Assembly: GCA_030248215.1 (NCBI GenBank)
Contig: JASANG010002214.1
Location: 1 to 64,000 of the forward strand
DNA: 64,000 nucleotides
Reading direction: 5' to 3'
Source: Enoplolaimus lenunculus
Lineage: Eukaryota
The notes under the pieces were generated by a model. It was not told the DNA's origin. It searched no databases and worked only from the letters and a program-made list of their open reading frames with translations. This document shows, piece by piece, positions 51,808 through 63,576 of the stretch. A program made the position numbers and the translations under genes. Position 1 is the stretch's first letter, and every line of letters begins with the position of its first letter.

Positions 51808-52413
51808 AAAACCAACAACCAAAACAACGCAGAATGTTGATACGTAAATAAAAAATGCATCTAATTATGCAAACTTAATGCCATTTACACTAAATTCGAG
51901 TCAATAAGCAGGCGTTTTACGTTTTGCTGAACAGAAACCCGCAAAATGCCAAACATTCCGACTTATAAGTTGCGAAAACCCTTGTGAAACTGCGAACATT
52001 GCAGTACCAGCAGTGTTTAGGCTTTTCACTCTAAACGTATAGTTGACTAAGTTCTAAATCCAAGGTTTTAAAAACAAAATACAGTATTGTTGACGCATAT
52101 AAGCATTGACATTTCGCCCTCGCGCCGTTGTTCCGTCCATTAACAAGTTTTGAATCCGGTACGACGTAACCGTCAATTGTTAGTTGCTTAAAGTCGGTTG
52201 TAGACGCGTTAGGTTCATAAACGACCTGCTAAAGTTTAATAATTTTGACCAAACCAGCACGTAAAGGGCTGATGAAGAATACAGCTTTATTTTAGTATTA
52301 TTTTAAAATTTGTTGAATTTTCATTAAAAGTTTAAGGTTAAACATTATCCTTAACCATAATTCAAGGTTCATTCAGAAAGAGCAAATAAGACAACACGTA
52401 CTGATTGAGAATA

Positions 52414-52613
52414 CACTACAAAAAATGGTGAATCAAATTGACTCTATCCAAAATAGGCCTTTCAGAAATACACAAACTGAGTCAAATTTAACTCACTGAC
52501 CAATTTGGGTGAATCGAATTTGACTCTGGTGGCGTCGAATTTGACACAGTTTTTGTAGTCCGGAAAAGCCTATTTCGGGGAGAGTCAAAATGGCCCACCA
52601 TTTTTTTGCAGTG
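52414..52613. mobile_element. CACTG-terminal GAGTC MITE
   Basis: TA flanks, TIRs. Confidence 0.72.
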
Positions 52614-52966
52614 TATTGTGTGGTACGGTTCGAACCCGCGCGTTTTGTTAGAACCGTTGCTACAGAAAATCAGAATGGCTAACCTGGGGACGTACTTGTT
52701 ATAGGATTATTAAAGCAAAGCTAAATTCGACATATATGAAGCGATTGATATACGTCAACATTTTATACACAGTAAACGCCGTCATGAGATACTACTATAA
52801 TTTTACCATCATTAAATTTTATTTCGGTTAGGTACGTTTAGGTTGTTTTTTAATACTTTATATTGAGTTTTGAAATTTAAATTCAAACTCGACTCAAGTG
52901 GAACGCTAATGTTAATCAAAGCATCTTCACTGATGTCAAAGTTCCACTAAATCCTTACCTTTTTTA

Positions 52967-53166
52967 GGCCCATGTATAGGACAGGGCCGGAACAGTTGTA
53001 TAAGCATATTCTTAAGCCTAAGCCTAACTCATAAGCCTAAGCCTAAGCCTAAGGATGAGCCTATTCCTAAGCCTAAGCCTAAGCAAAAAAAATAGTCTAA
53101 AGCTTAAACTGACTCTATTTTATAGCCGCGCCGAAAAACGATCTGGCCCTGTTCTATACATGGGCC
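52967..53166 (+). mobile_element. TTAGGC-bearing MITE, subfamily B
   Basis: both TIRs; ~120 bp past Dispatched stop. Confidence 0.78.
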
Positions 53167-53289
53167 ACGCCAACAAAGAAATTCTACCTCAAATCACTTT
53201 TAGTTTCAAATAGTGTGACGTACTGGATTCTGGCAATTTTTTTCTATAAAACTCGTTGAAACAAAAAAAATCACTCAAGTGTACCATAG

Positions 53290-56200
53290 CTATTGTTCGA
53301 ACAGAGGTTTAAAATGTCGACGCAAATATTGATGGCAACTGTGTCCAATATCAAATACAACACTTACAAGGCAACTAAAAAATACTGTCGCGTAAATCCA
53401 ACTTATGATGCCCATCAGAACTGCAAACAGTCCGTACTGATAAAACGGATACGTTTTCGACCGCAGAAAACATAATCCGGTTGCAACGGTTGTTAGCGCC
53501 GCCATTGTGACCGGTGGTCCCGCAACCGCCATACTGTCATAAAAGACACGTGGCCAATTACGATTAGTCGACCGGGACGGTCGGGTTTCATCGTTGGGTA
53601 CAGACTCCCTCGCATTAGTCACCACCGGATACGAGTAGCGGTCTATAAAAATGTTCACTGCAACACAATAGTGTAGCGTATAATCGAACGACAATCCAAC
53701 GGCTAAAATTAATATTGCACATTCGGTTATGTTTAGTTGCCACTGTAACAGCGAAATGCATCCTAAAATATTTGCCAAAATACAACCAATGGTTAGCATT
53801 GAAACCAGCGATGATATTAAACGTCGAGTTGTGACCAGAACACAACCTAACGCAACTAAACCAGATACGGCTACAGAACGGCCTGTGTCGCGTATAAGAG
53901 CATTCTGTAAATTGAACACATACGACGCCTCAGGTGGAGTTACGATCACAGCTGGCGAAAGTGAAACGTTAGCGAACGCGAGTTTAATCGTCCGAATTAA
54001 TCGATGTACCAGTTGAAGATGGCTATATTCGTATGATGTTGTCACTGTTAACGGTAATGACCAAATCAAACCGACTACAGTGTGATTGTGACGGTAATAA
54101 ATAATCGCACCAATCTGAGCGGCTGCTGGAAACTCGCGAAAAAATTTGCGCGCACAGCGTACGGTAAGGTCGCGATGGCGGCATGATGTGGTTTTTGTTG
54201 CTAAATTCGGATCATTTTGATGCTGGTTTGACCAGATTAAGTAAAGCTTTGGCCAATTGATTGCAGTTTTGTGGTCAATTATGCTGGCAGCGAAACTTTG
54301 ATGTTTAACGATGCCGTCAATTTGATTGCTGATGCGGTTCAAAACATGAACATCGCTTACGTTGACATCTGGATCTTTAGTGAAATTTTGCCGATAATCT
54401 AACGAATCAAACGATTTGATTTGATCGTTCGAGGTTAACCCAATGCCCCAACATAGTTCAACGCGAGTTTGTGTGCCAGACGTGCCTCGGCGACCGTAGT
54501 AGCTGGCGTAAATGTTTGACTCGTAATTGTTCGCAGGACTACTGGAAACGTCGGTCAAAAATTGCGTTAACCGATCGTGAGGGAAACGAAGCTTCGGTTG
54601 AACAAATACAGCAAATAGCATCATTGCTGAGCTTGTAATCAGACCAATTACTACAATAAAGCGAAATTTGCATACCAGTCTGACAATATTCTCAGTATTA
54701 ATGAATAATTTAGTTTTAAAGTTGTTGCTAATTTGCGCAGCTATCATTTGAACGTTTTTTATCATAGAAATACATGAGCGACACGTATTGTTGTCGTCAC
54801 TGTCGCATTTTGAAGCTTGGATGTTAATAGTAGGTGGTTCACTTTTGGCATCTGACGAACAACCAAACATACTCGAACCGGAACAAATTTTGCTGAATAC
54901 AATCACCGTTGCTGCCGCTTCCCAGCTAATCGTATAGACGAAACATAACAAAACGGTTGTAGCAGAAAATATACCAAAAAGTTTAATTGCTAAAATGCCA
55001 CAAATCATGTTGGATAACAGTGCACCAAACGTTGTCAGCGATGTTAGTAACATTGTACCGACTGCATGCGTTATTGCGTTTCGAAAAATACGTTTTATTG
55101 CAATTTGTTCAATTTGTTTTCTAGATTTGCATAAGCTGCGATTTTGACCATTCATCACAGGCGGTTCACTGTTGGTTTTGCTACATTCAACATTTGTGTC
55201 TGCGGAGTTAGTGATCATTGGTTCAAGCGCGTTAGTAAACTGGTTACTGTCGGTATCGTTGAACGTCATGCACGATTTGCCGACTGTATTTTCATGACGA
55301 TTAGTTGCGCCTGATTGGTTATTAACAATTATCTCGTATTTCATTGGTAACTGCTTCTGTTCGTCGATGTTACTACCATCACTGTTATGTTTCACTTCAC
55401 TTCTACGATGTACTTGCGACTGATTGTCAAGTCTTTGGCGTTCAACTTGAATTTGCGGCATTCGGCAAGCGTTTCGCCAACAATTAATCAACACAAACGC
55501 ATCGTCACACCCGACCGCGACAACGATCACTAACGCAACTGTGTTGATAAACGGAAAAAAGTTGAGTCGAAACACAAAAACGTACACAAAATAACTGATT
55601 CCTGTCGCAAACGCAAGACTGCTTACTGTAGCAGCTGTCAAAAACGCCGAACGACAATAGCAAGCGACGACAGCAATTACTGCAATGCAAGCGAACGCAA
55701 TTTGAACGATATCTTGTAGCAAATAATGCTGCAGTTCAAGTAGAACGAGTTCACCTGAATATCCAACAAGTTGAAAGTGTTGCGAATAGTTGTTGCGAAC
55801 CAGCTGAATCACAGATTCGTATAACGACCAGTATTTGCTGTAACGATGAGCAGTTTCACCCAACTCCATACGTAGCGGTAGAACGGGTAGTTCAATTTTA
55901 AGGTATTTAATTGAGTCGAGAGTTGAACGACTATTGGGTAATAAACGCTCCAATAAACGATTTGTTGGCGATATGCAGCGGTTGTCAGTCGGTGTTCGAG
56001 ATTGGCTGGCGGCGTCGAAATGTTTTGACTCACCAGAAACCAGACGCCGACTGGCAAACTGGCCGCATGACTGAGTACTGAAATTGCCTGAAATTGTGCC
56101 ATTGCATAATTTTGCTGCCAAGGATTGATCGAGTCGATGAATATTGCATTTGATATCGTAATCGAAAACTGAAAACGCGCCGCACTGGCTAATTAACCCT

Positions 56201-56489
56201 TTGAGTAGGGAGTGAATTTGTAACGCAGCAAATGTGCAATTATTCGGATGTTCCATACAGTTAAATATTGTAAAATAACTTAGCATCGGTAACTCAATTA
56301 GCATATTTAAAGCGTTTATCGCGATCGTCTGACGAATTCCGCTGCGTGCAAGTATAGTTTCAAGTTGTTTACTAAATTGACAATAATTTTGAAGCGTTTC
56401 CACGGAAAATATACCGTCTACGGTGTTGCAAAGTCGTCGATTAGGCTCAAGATAAATCGAAACTCCACTCACCGATGCTTGAGTGAACG
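53290..56489 (-). CDS. disp: Dispatched-family (RND/sterol-sensing domain) protein, large last exon
   Basis: tttttag acceptor phase 1; FFPFIN..AVGCDDAFV (TM4), SLTT, AVGLSFDYTLHY (TM10), MAALTT; spliced CDS 3570 nt = 1189 aa. Orthology (Disp vs che-14/ptd-2) not resolved. Confidence 0.88.
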
Positions 56490-56515
56490 CTAAAAATATT
56501 ATTGGTTTTAGCGAT

Positions 56516-56933
56516 ACCAAAAATGTATTCTATAAAACCGCTATGCTGACAAACGCGAAATATATGTTTCTAAACGTAACCAAACAGCTGTGATCCTTTG
56601 CAAAACTGGGATTTGGTCGGAAATGACATAATGACACTTCGCTTTCGGTTCGAACCTGCCATATTTAAATATAAATATAAATATACATATTCATCTGCCA
56701 TATATTTAAATATGGCAGGTTCGAACCGAAAAACATCCGTTTGTACCCTGGTAGATGAATATGTATATTTATATTTATATTTAAATATGGCAGGTTTGAA
56801 CCGAAAACTAAGTGTCATTATGTCATTTCCGACCAAATCTCAGTTTTGCAAAGGATCACAGCTGTTTGGTTACGTTTAGAAACATATATTTCGCGTTTGT
56901 CAGCATAGCGGTTTTATAGAATACATTTTTGGT
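56516..56933. repeat. Foldback inverted repeat, ~185-bp arms, 48-bp spacer
   Basis: 56516-56700 is the near-perfect reverse complement of 56749-56933. Confidence 0.9.
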
Positions 56934-57342
56934 GAAATACGGTAATTTTCACTATCCGCTTCCGGTATTAAGAAACCCGATATTTTTCATCGGAATTTAT
57001 CAGTGTTTTTCGTATTGAAAATTTACAATCTTAATTATATTTCTGTGTAGCAGAAAATTCGAAAAAGGCAAGAGCCGCCGAGAAATCGTTGGAATTCGGG
57101 TCAATGATGCTTTGTACGGCGTAACAACAGCAGTCTACTTCTAAATCTAAGCCTTGCCTAAAGATAATCCTATATCTAAGCCTAGGCTTAAGCCTAAAGC
57201 CTAAAAGCAGAAAATTAGTCTAAAGCTTACACTTGCTCCATTAGAGTCCTGCTAATAAACAGCACGCAGCACAAAATTAACATAGGCTGCGACTATGTAA
57301 CTGTAAACTCAACTGAATCCTTTTTACAAAAGAAAAACTAAC

Positions 57343-57413
57343 CTGCTGTAGCAGCGGCATATTGTGTTTTGTAGCATTCGTCGTTGACTTGCATACATGG
57401 CAAATCCTTCGAT
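57343..57413 (-). CDS. disp: Dispatched-family protein, exon 4
   Basis: tttcag|...|gttagt; RSKDLPCMQVNDECYKTQYAAATA; phase 2 in, phase 1 out. Confidence 0.6.
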
Positions 57414-58514
57414 CTGAAACATTGTTGAACAATTGAAAATTTTTATGAAAAGATTACTTTGATCAACTTAAGTCCAGAAGAAATTAGACAAAGAACACTG
57501 GTCCAGAAGAAATTAAACAATGAACACTGTTAGCGGACAAGTCGGACTAAACGGCAGTTAAAATAGTTAATGGTAAGCAGACGTGCGTCAGGATTCTTCA
57601 CTGGACGTGGCCTAGGCAAAGAGGAGTTCAATCCAACATAAAGTTGACGTAATGTAAATAGTAAGATTGATGTGTCTCCGTAAAACATTTTGATTTTTTA
57701 GCAGACTCATAGTTGTTACCAGATCGCTGGATGGTTTAAAGTTCGCTCCTTTACGGTCGGCGTTTGTAGAACCATGAACCTCGCGAACGAAGCACACCAT
57801 GCGTCAGGCTTCATTTTTAGTAAAACCCTTTGCAACAGTCGCAAAACGTTTTTTGGTTCAAGGTTTGCAATCTCCCCACCGATAGACTTCCCTCTACCTA
57901 CGCACGTGATGCCTTAAACGCGAAACTGCTATGCCAACATCATTAGTACATAATTTGGTCTGTGTCCTTTCCAACATATTTACATTCAGAGTTAGGCTAA
58001 AACAAGACGGGACCGATACCTGAATATGAGCATAAACCTTTGTCTCAGCTTTGGCTTAATTTTAAGTTTTAGTCTAAACCTACCCGAATTCTTTCTCCAG
58101 AAACTAAACTGCAGTCCCTTACAAGTTTTCTTTTGCACCGTATTATGTGATGTTGACCTAGTCACAGGATAAGGCTACATGCGCACCAATTTAAAGCTAC
58201 ATTGCGAGCGAGACACCTGTTTTTGCACTTAAACTCCTCAAAAACCTTAAATTTTAGTTCCAATAGAGTTTTCGAGGTTCATTTTTTGTCTTTCGACACC
58301 AGACTCATTTTCGTCCGCCTCCAATCCGACGGGTGGTTTGGTGGCGATAAGCACGGACCCATGTCTGGCAGGCACCTATCGCTAACATGAATCCGTAAAA
58401 CAGTTGAAATCTAGACAGGATGTATGTATATATATTTCGATACCAACATCGTCTCTATGCTCCTTTCAGGGACTGCTTGTTATCAACTGCACGCAATCTG
58501 AACAGTAACCGTAC

Positions 58515-58624
58515 CGTTTCATTTCCTGCCACGAAATTTGAAGCTGTTTGCTAACTATGGCTTTCTGTGTTCGACCCCATATAAGCAAGTCGACAGTTGT
58601 ATCCCCATTGACATCATGAAGTCC
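58515..58624 (-). CDS. disp: Dispatched-family protein, exon 3
   Basis: ttttag|GLHDVNGDTTVDLLIWGRTQK...EMK cg|gtacgg; phases match both neighbours. Confidence 0.6.
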
Positions 58625-58772
58625 CTAAAAGCAAACAACGCGATGTTTAATCTACAATTAAAAAGAATCCAATTTGAGCTTTTAGACAGTGCCGCGGTTT
58701 CGGTAGCCGATGCACATCAATCTGAGAAACCTATCCCTTCTGTATTATCAAGAGTGGATAATCGCTATGTAA

Positions 58773-59047
58773 CAAGAGTGTGCAACTGGGTACATTCTGT
58801 GCAGAAAAGCATGTACCCGGCGCGCATTGCGTTTTTGCCTTACCCCCCTTTGTTTAAAGGAGTACAACCAGTGCGAACCATGGCACTTTATGTATGCGGC
58901 GTCAAACATGCTCCCATTATAGTTTACTTCAGGGGTATTCATGTGAGAGCGGCCCACTCCCTCTAAACAAAGGTGGGGTCGGTCAAAAACGTAACGCCCG
59001 GTGGTACATTTTGTACCATGCGGAACTTGAATAGTTGCACACTCTTG
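58773..59047. mobile_element. CAAGAGTGTGCAACT-TIR element; related copies ~5497-5770, ~32470-32748, fragment ~390-450
   Basis: 15-bp TIR and shared interior gcgcgttgcattt; superfamily undetermined. Confidence 0.55.
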
Positions 59048-59231
59048 TATCATGCATTCTTGATTGTATTAATATCATTTTATTGGATTTACCAAGAAAT
59101 GAAAATTCTTTTAATTTTTTTCAAAACTTCTTCGAAACCAGAAAACAATGTTGCAAAATTGCCAAAAACGAATCACAACTATGATACCACAAAATTACAA
59201 ATTCCACGATTTGCAATCGTCATAAACTTAC

Positions 59232-59355
59232 CATTAATGCATCAACTGGTTTAGGTATTCCGTTTACAACAACAGCAGCGGTCGACAAGGCTATTCCTAC
59301 GAATCCAGTAACCACCATTACGCCAATTGGATGTTCTACGAGTATGCTAACGTAC
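59232..59355 (-). CDS. disp: Dispatched-family protein, exon 2 (TM1)
   Basis: ttatag|...|gtaagt; YVSILVEHPIGVMVVTGFVGIALSTAAVVVNGIPKPVDALM resembles the Dispatched TM1/PDFSDP region. Confidence 0.75.
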
Positions 59356-59533
59356 CTATAATGCAGTAGCGAGAACTATCCGAATTTTAAGCATTTTTTA
59401 AAAAAGAACAAAATTTTTTTACGAAACTTCAGATTAAAGATGTTAATTTTATGAGTTCGTGCAGCGACACAAAATCATTGATGGGTTTTGTTATTAAACC
59501 TTTGAAATCAATCAAATGAAGTATAACGTTTAC

Positions 59534-59598
59534 CAATCAAGCAAAACTGCATTTCCACGTTTGAATCGCTTGACTATCCAGTTCTTCCAATCTAACAT
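59534..59598 (-). CDS. disp: Dispatched-family protein, exon 1
   Basis: ATG MLDWKNWIVKRFKRGNAVLLD tg|gtaaac; phase 2 matches next exon; in-frame stop upstream. Confidence 0.6.
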
Positions 59599-59658
59599 TT
59601 GTTTACACTAAGTGCTCCTGAAGGGCAAAGTATGTTTCGAGAACAGAAATATATTGAA

Positions 59659-59962
59659 ATTAGGTTTGTTAGCCTAGGCTTCATAAGGTTTGTTAGCCCA
59701 GGCTTCATTAGGTTTGTTAGCCTAGGCTTCATTAGGTTTGTTAGCCTAGGCTTCATTAGGTTTGTTAGCTTAGGCTTCATTAGGTTTGTTAGCCTAGGCT
59801 TCATTAGGTTTGTTAGCCTAGGCTTCATTAGGTTTGTTAGCCTAAGCTTCATTAGGTTTGTTAGCCTAGGCTTCATTAGGTTTGTTAGCCTAGGCTTCAT
59901 TAGGTTTGTTAGTCTAGACTTCATTAGGTTTGTTAGCCTAGGCTTCATTAGGTTTGTTAGCC
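59659..59962. repeat. 24-bp minisatellite x~12.5
   Basis: unit attaggtttgttagcctaggcttc. Confidence 0.9.
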
Positions 59963-59984
59963 CGCAAATTGCCATTAGGGTCAT

Positions 59985-60173
59985 GACTAATGTTACTTTT
60001 AGAGCTAACAGTAGATTAAGCGTATTCCAAAGCCTAAGCCTAGGATTTAGCGTTGCAAATGCGTACTCCTAAGCCAAAGCCTAAAGCCTAAGTAAAAAAA
60101 TGTAGTTTAAAATGTAAACCTACTCTTTTACAGACCCACCAGAAACCGGGACGGCCCTAAGATAACATGGGCC
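59985..60173 (+). mobile_element. TTAGGC-bearing MITE, subfamily C
   Basis: TSD agggtcat/ggggtcat. Confidence 0.78.
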
Positions 60174-61901
60174 GGGGTCATGGACAAAAACAGATGTTTC
60201 AGATTGGGATATATTACACAAATGGACGATATTTTAAAATTGATAAAATTTTGCAAAATCTTTGTTTATTGTAAAACAGTGACGTATTCAGCTGACGTGT
60301 TTTAATCTACACAGATTACAACAGCTACTATTAAGTGCAAAATTTGTGTATTCGCAGAAATACGCAGCAGTAGGCAACATCTTATCTAATCACTAACCTA
60401 ACCAGTGATATTGGCTCAAGCACAGTATCAATTTTATAACCAATAAAAAATATGTAAAATAGTGAAAGAATTGGGGCACGATATGAGTGAATAGCCCGAT
60501 ATAGTTTTAACCAGGGTGTAAGCAGAAATCCGTTACCGGTAAAAATCGTGTCCGTTTCTGTCTACGTTTATAGTGGTACCATAAATTCTCCTGTTTTATG
60601 CTCAAAATTAGTTACAAATAACGTGCACATTTCGCAATTTGTCATTATTATTCAGCCGGTTATGCGCAATGCAAACAAGTTAGTGAATGCACAACAATTT
60701 GCATGCAGATTTACTTTTCATAGAACAATCGTTTTTACAGTCAACGAATTTGTTGCAAGCAAAGTAATGCTAAGTTGCCCAAAATACGTGTGCGGGGAAT
60801 TCCAGCTTTAATATATAGATTTGTTGTAAATGATGCATATATTGCGCAATTTTTAAACAAATATTCTACGAAATTCATCTAAAATTGTAAAAATTTAGGT
60901 GCATCCGTTATTTTTTAATTTTAGAAAACCCGGTGAATATTTGCATGCATCAGTTGTGTTGGCAGAAAAGTAGAAATCATATTTGAAACTTTTATACTTC
61001 AACATCCGTTTTATTTCCGTTACTTTGATCTCTATATGTTTCTGTTATTTACTAGCCACACCCTGGTTTTAACAGTTTCATGTTTGTCTTCTCCCCCGGT
61101 TCTACTTTAGTATCAAACCATACTAAAGTTCGCTTGATTGACTGTTCGATATCGAAAACCGAGGTGTACAGTCCCTACCCTTGAAGCCCCACTTTCAGCC
61201 GAAGTTTTGCCTTCGGTTCCAGAAGAATATAGACCTTTGTCTCCGGTACAATTTTTGCTGAAAAATCTGGTTCTGGTATTTTCGGCAGTGAAATATTAGT
61301 ATATAAAAGTACGCTTTTCGATAAGTTTGAGTAAATTTTGATACCTATAATTGCCGATATTTTTCGAAAAAGTAACGCCAAACCAAGATTTTGACACTGA
61401 AGATTTTGGTAAAGTTATGGTTCATTCACGTAATAATGCGCGCGTAATTGTATTAAAAATTAGTCTGACCACCCGCTTAGGACCAGTGTCAAAAAGTGAT
61501 GCTATAAAACCAGGGCCTGATGACAAAACAAACCCAGTACTTATATAGCCGGTTTTGTCCAGACAGTGTTCCAAGGGAGTAGGAACAAAACAGAGTCTCT
61601 CGGTAGGGACAACTGACAAAACGCAGACTCTTGCTATAACACTGTCCGCTGCGAAATAATTTTTAATTTTTTGCGCATAGCTTCTGCTAAAACAAATGTA
61701 CAACAATTGTCCTTTTGTAAAATACATTGTGCACTATGTACTGTGGCCGCAAAACAACATTGGTGATCCTGTAAGCAGGATGTCCGTTTGTCCTTTGAGT
61801 ATGCAGAGGCTAATTCTTAATGTAACATCCTTCCTACTATGTTCCTGAAGATGACATACTTCCTTGCCCAGACCTAGACAATTTCTTTCAGCAGTGCGTG
61901 C

Positions 61902-62232
61902 CAGGGTGCAACCGGAGGTGAAAAATACAGGAGCCGGAGGACACCGAAACTTGCCGGAGCTGGAGGTAAGGCGAAATTATATTGTAAAAATGATGGTTAG
62001 TTAATTCTAACTAATATCTGCAATTTGTTGTTAAGTTGTTTGGTTTTTACGCTAATTTCTGCGAAATTTCGGAAATTCTTTCCTGAAAATAAACGAAATG
62101 CGCTAAACAGAAAATTTTGCAAAATTATACAAAATTTTACTACCGAAAATGTCGGAACCTCAAGCATAAATTGCACTGGGGAAGGAAAGCGATTTTCTGC
62201 CGGAGCCGCAGACAGACCTCTGGTGGTATCCT
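61902..62232. mobile_element. hAT-type MITE, direct-orientation copy of 63245-63576
   Basis: colinear similarity; right end decayed. Confidence 0.7.
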
Positions 62233-62257
62233 TATATGCCCACTATTACACGAATGA

Positions 62258-63024
62258 CCTAAGCACATTCAAAAGCGTTTCCGTTTTTTTGCCTTCGAAT
62301 GCGCACAACCCCTCTCATAATTTACACCGCCGACATTGAGCACAGAATAATCCAGTACTTTAATACCGATAATCAACCACATGACATATGCAAAGGTGAT
62401 TAGATGTGAACCTAAGCACAATCATAAGCGTTTTCGTTTTTTTGCCTTCGAATGCGCACAACCCCTCTCATAATTTACACCGCCGACATTGAGCACAGAA
62501 TAATCCAGTACTTTAATACCGATAATCAACCACAGGACATATGCAAAGGTGATTAGATGTGAACCTAAGCACATTCAAAAGCGTTTCCGTTTTTTTGCCT
62601 TCGAATGCGCACAACCCCTCTCATAATTTACACCGCCGACATTGAGCACAGAATAATCCAGTACTTTAATACCGATAATCAACCACAGGACATATGCAAA
62701 GGTGATTAGATGTGAACCTAAGCACATTCAAAAGCGTTTCCGTTTTTTTGCCTTCGAATGCGCACAACCCCTCTCATAATTTACACCGCCGACATTGAGC
62801 ACAGAATAATCCAGTACTTTAATACCGATAATCAACCACAGGACATATGCAAAGGTGATTAGATGTGAACCTAAGCACATTCATAAGCGTTTTCGTTTTT
62901 TTGCCTTCGAATGCGCACAACCCCTCTCATAATTTACACCGCCGACATTGAGCACAGAATAATCCAGTACTTTAATACCGATAATCAACCGCAGGACATA
63001 TGCAAAGGTGATTAGATGTGAACC
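62258..63024. repeat. 153-bp tandem repeat x5
   Basis: unit starts at 62258, 62411, 62564, 62717, 62870; nearly identical. Confidence 0.92.
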
Positions 63025-63244
63025 AAATAGACCAGATAACGTTGAAATATAACCATCTGGTGCGCGAAATATTATCAACGTTGTGTCAGTTTGCCAATTC
63101 ACACCATAAAATAATAGAACATACGACTTTCCAATTTCTGTTATTTGCTCCGTTATCACCTAAACCACAACAGTTTAATGACACTTCAGTTTAAACATCT
63201 GTGAAAACAAAGTTTAAATGAGTACACAATTACGATGTATTTAT

Positions 63245-63576
63245 CAGGGTGCAACCGGAGGTGAAAAATGCCGGAGCCGGAGGTCAACAAAACTTGCCGG
63301 AGCCGGAGGTGAGGCGAAATTAGGTAGCAAAAAATGATGGTTAATTAGTTCATTTTAGACAATATCTGCAGTATGTTGTTTTGTTAAGTTGTTTGGTTTT
63401 ACGCTAATTTTGTGCGAAATTTCAGAAATTTTTTCCTGAAAATTGTGACAAAAGTAAAACCAAACGTGCTACACAGATAAATTTTGCAAAATTATGCAAA
63501 ATTTTACTACCGAAATTGCTGGAACCTCCGGCAAAAATTCTACCGGAGCAGGAGGCCGACCTCCGGTTGTACCATG
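63245..63576. mobile_element. hAT-type MITE (CAGGGTGCAACCGGAGG TIR); other copies ~61902-62232 and a partial ~27140-27358
   Basis: TIRs and perfect 8-bp TSD gtatttat. Confidence 0.75.

Noticed and set aside
56490..56529. Start of ORF 53290..56520 and acceptor at 56530 as the Dispatched exon boundary
   Set aside because: TTG start is not expected here; the 56530 acceptor lies in the foldback arm, and the 56489 acceptor fits the phase chain of upstream exons better
59592..60072. 130- and 157-aa repetitive ORFs
   Set aside because: Produced by the stop-free 24-bp minisatellite
53..60173. True telomere or subtelomere in the window
   Set aside because: TTAGGC runs are short, in both orientations and almost always inside MITEs or their remnants
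62258..63024. CRISPR-like array (also 43119-43518, 59659-59962, 51536-51807)
   Set aside because: Pure tandem repeats without unique spacers; eukaryotic context; no cas genes
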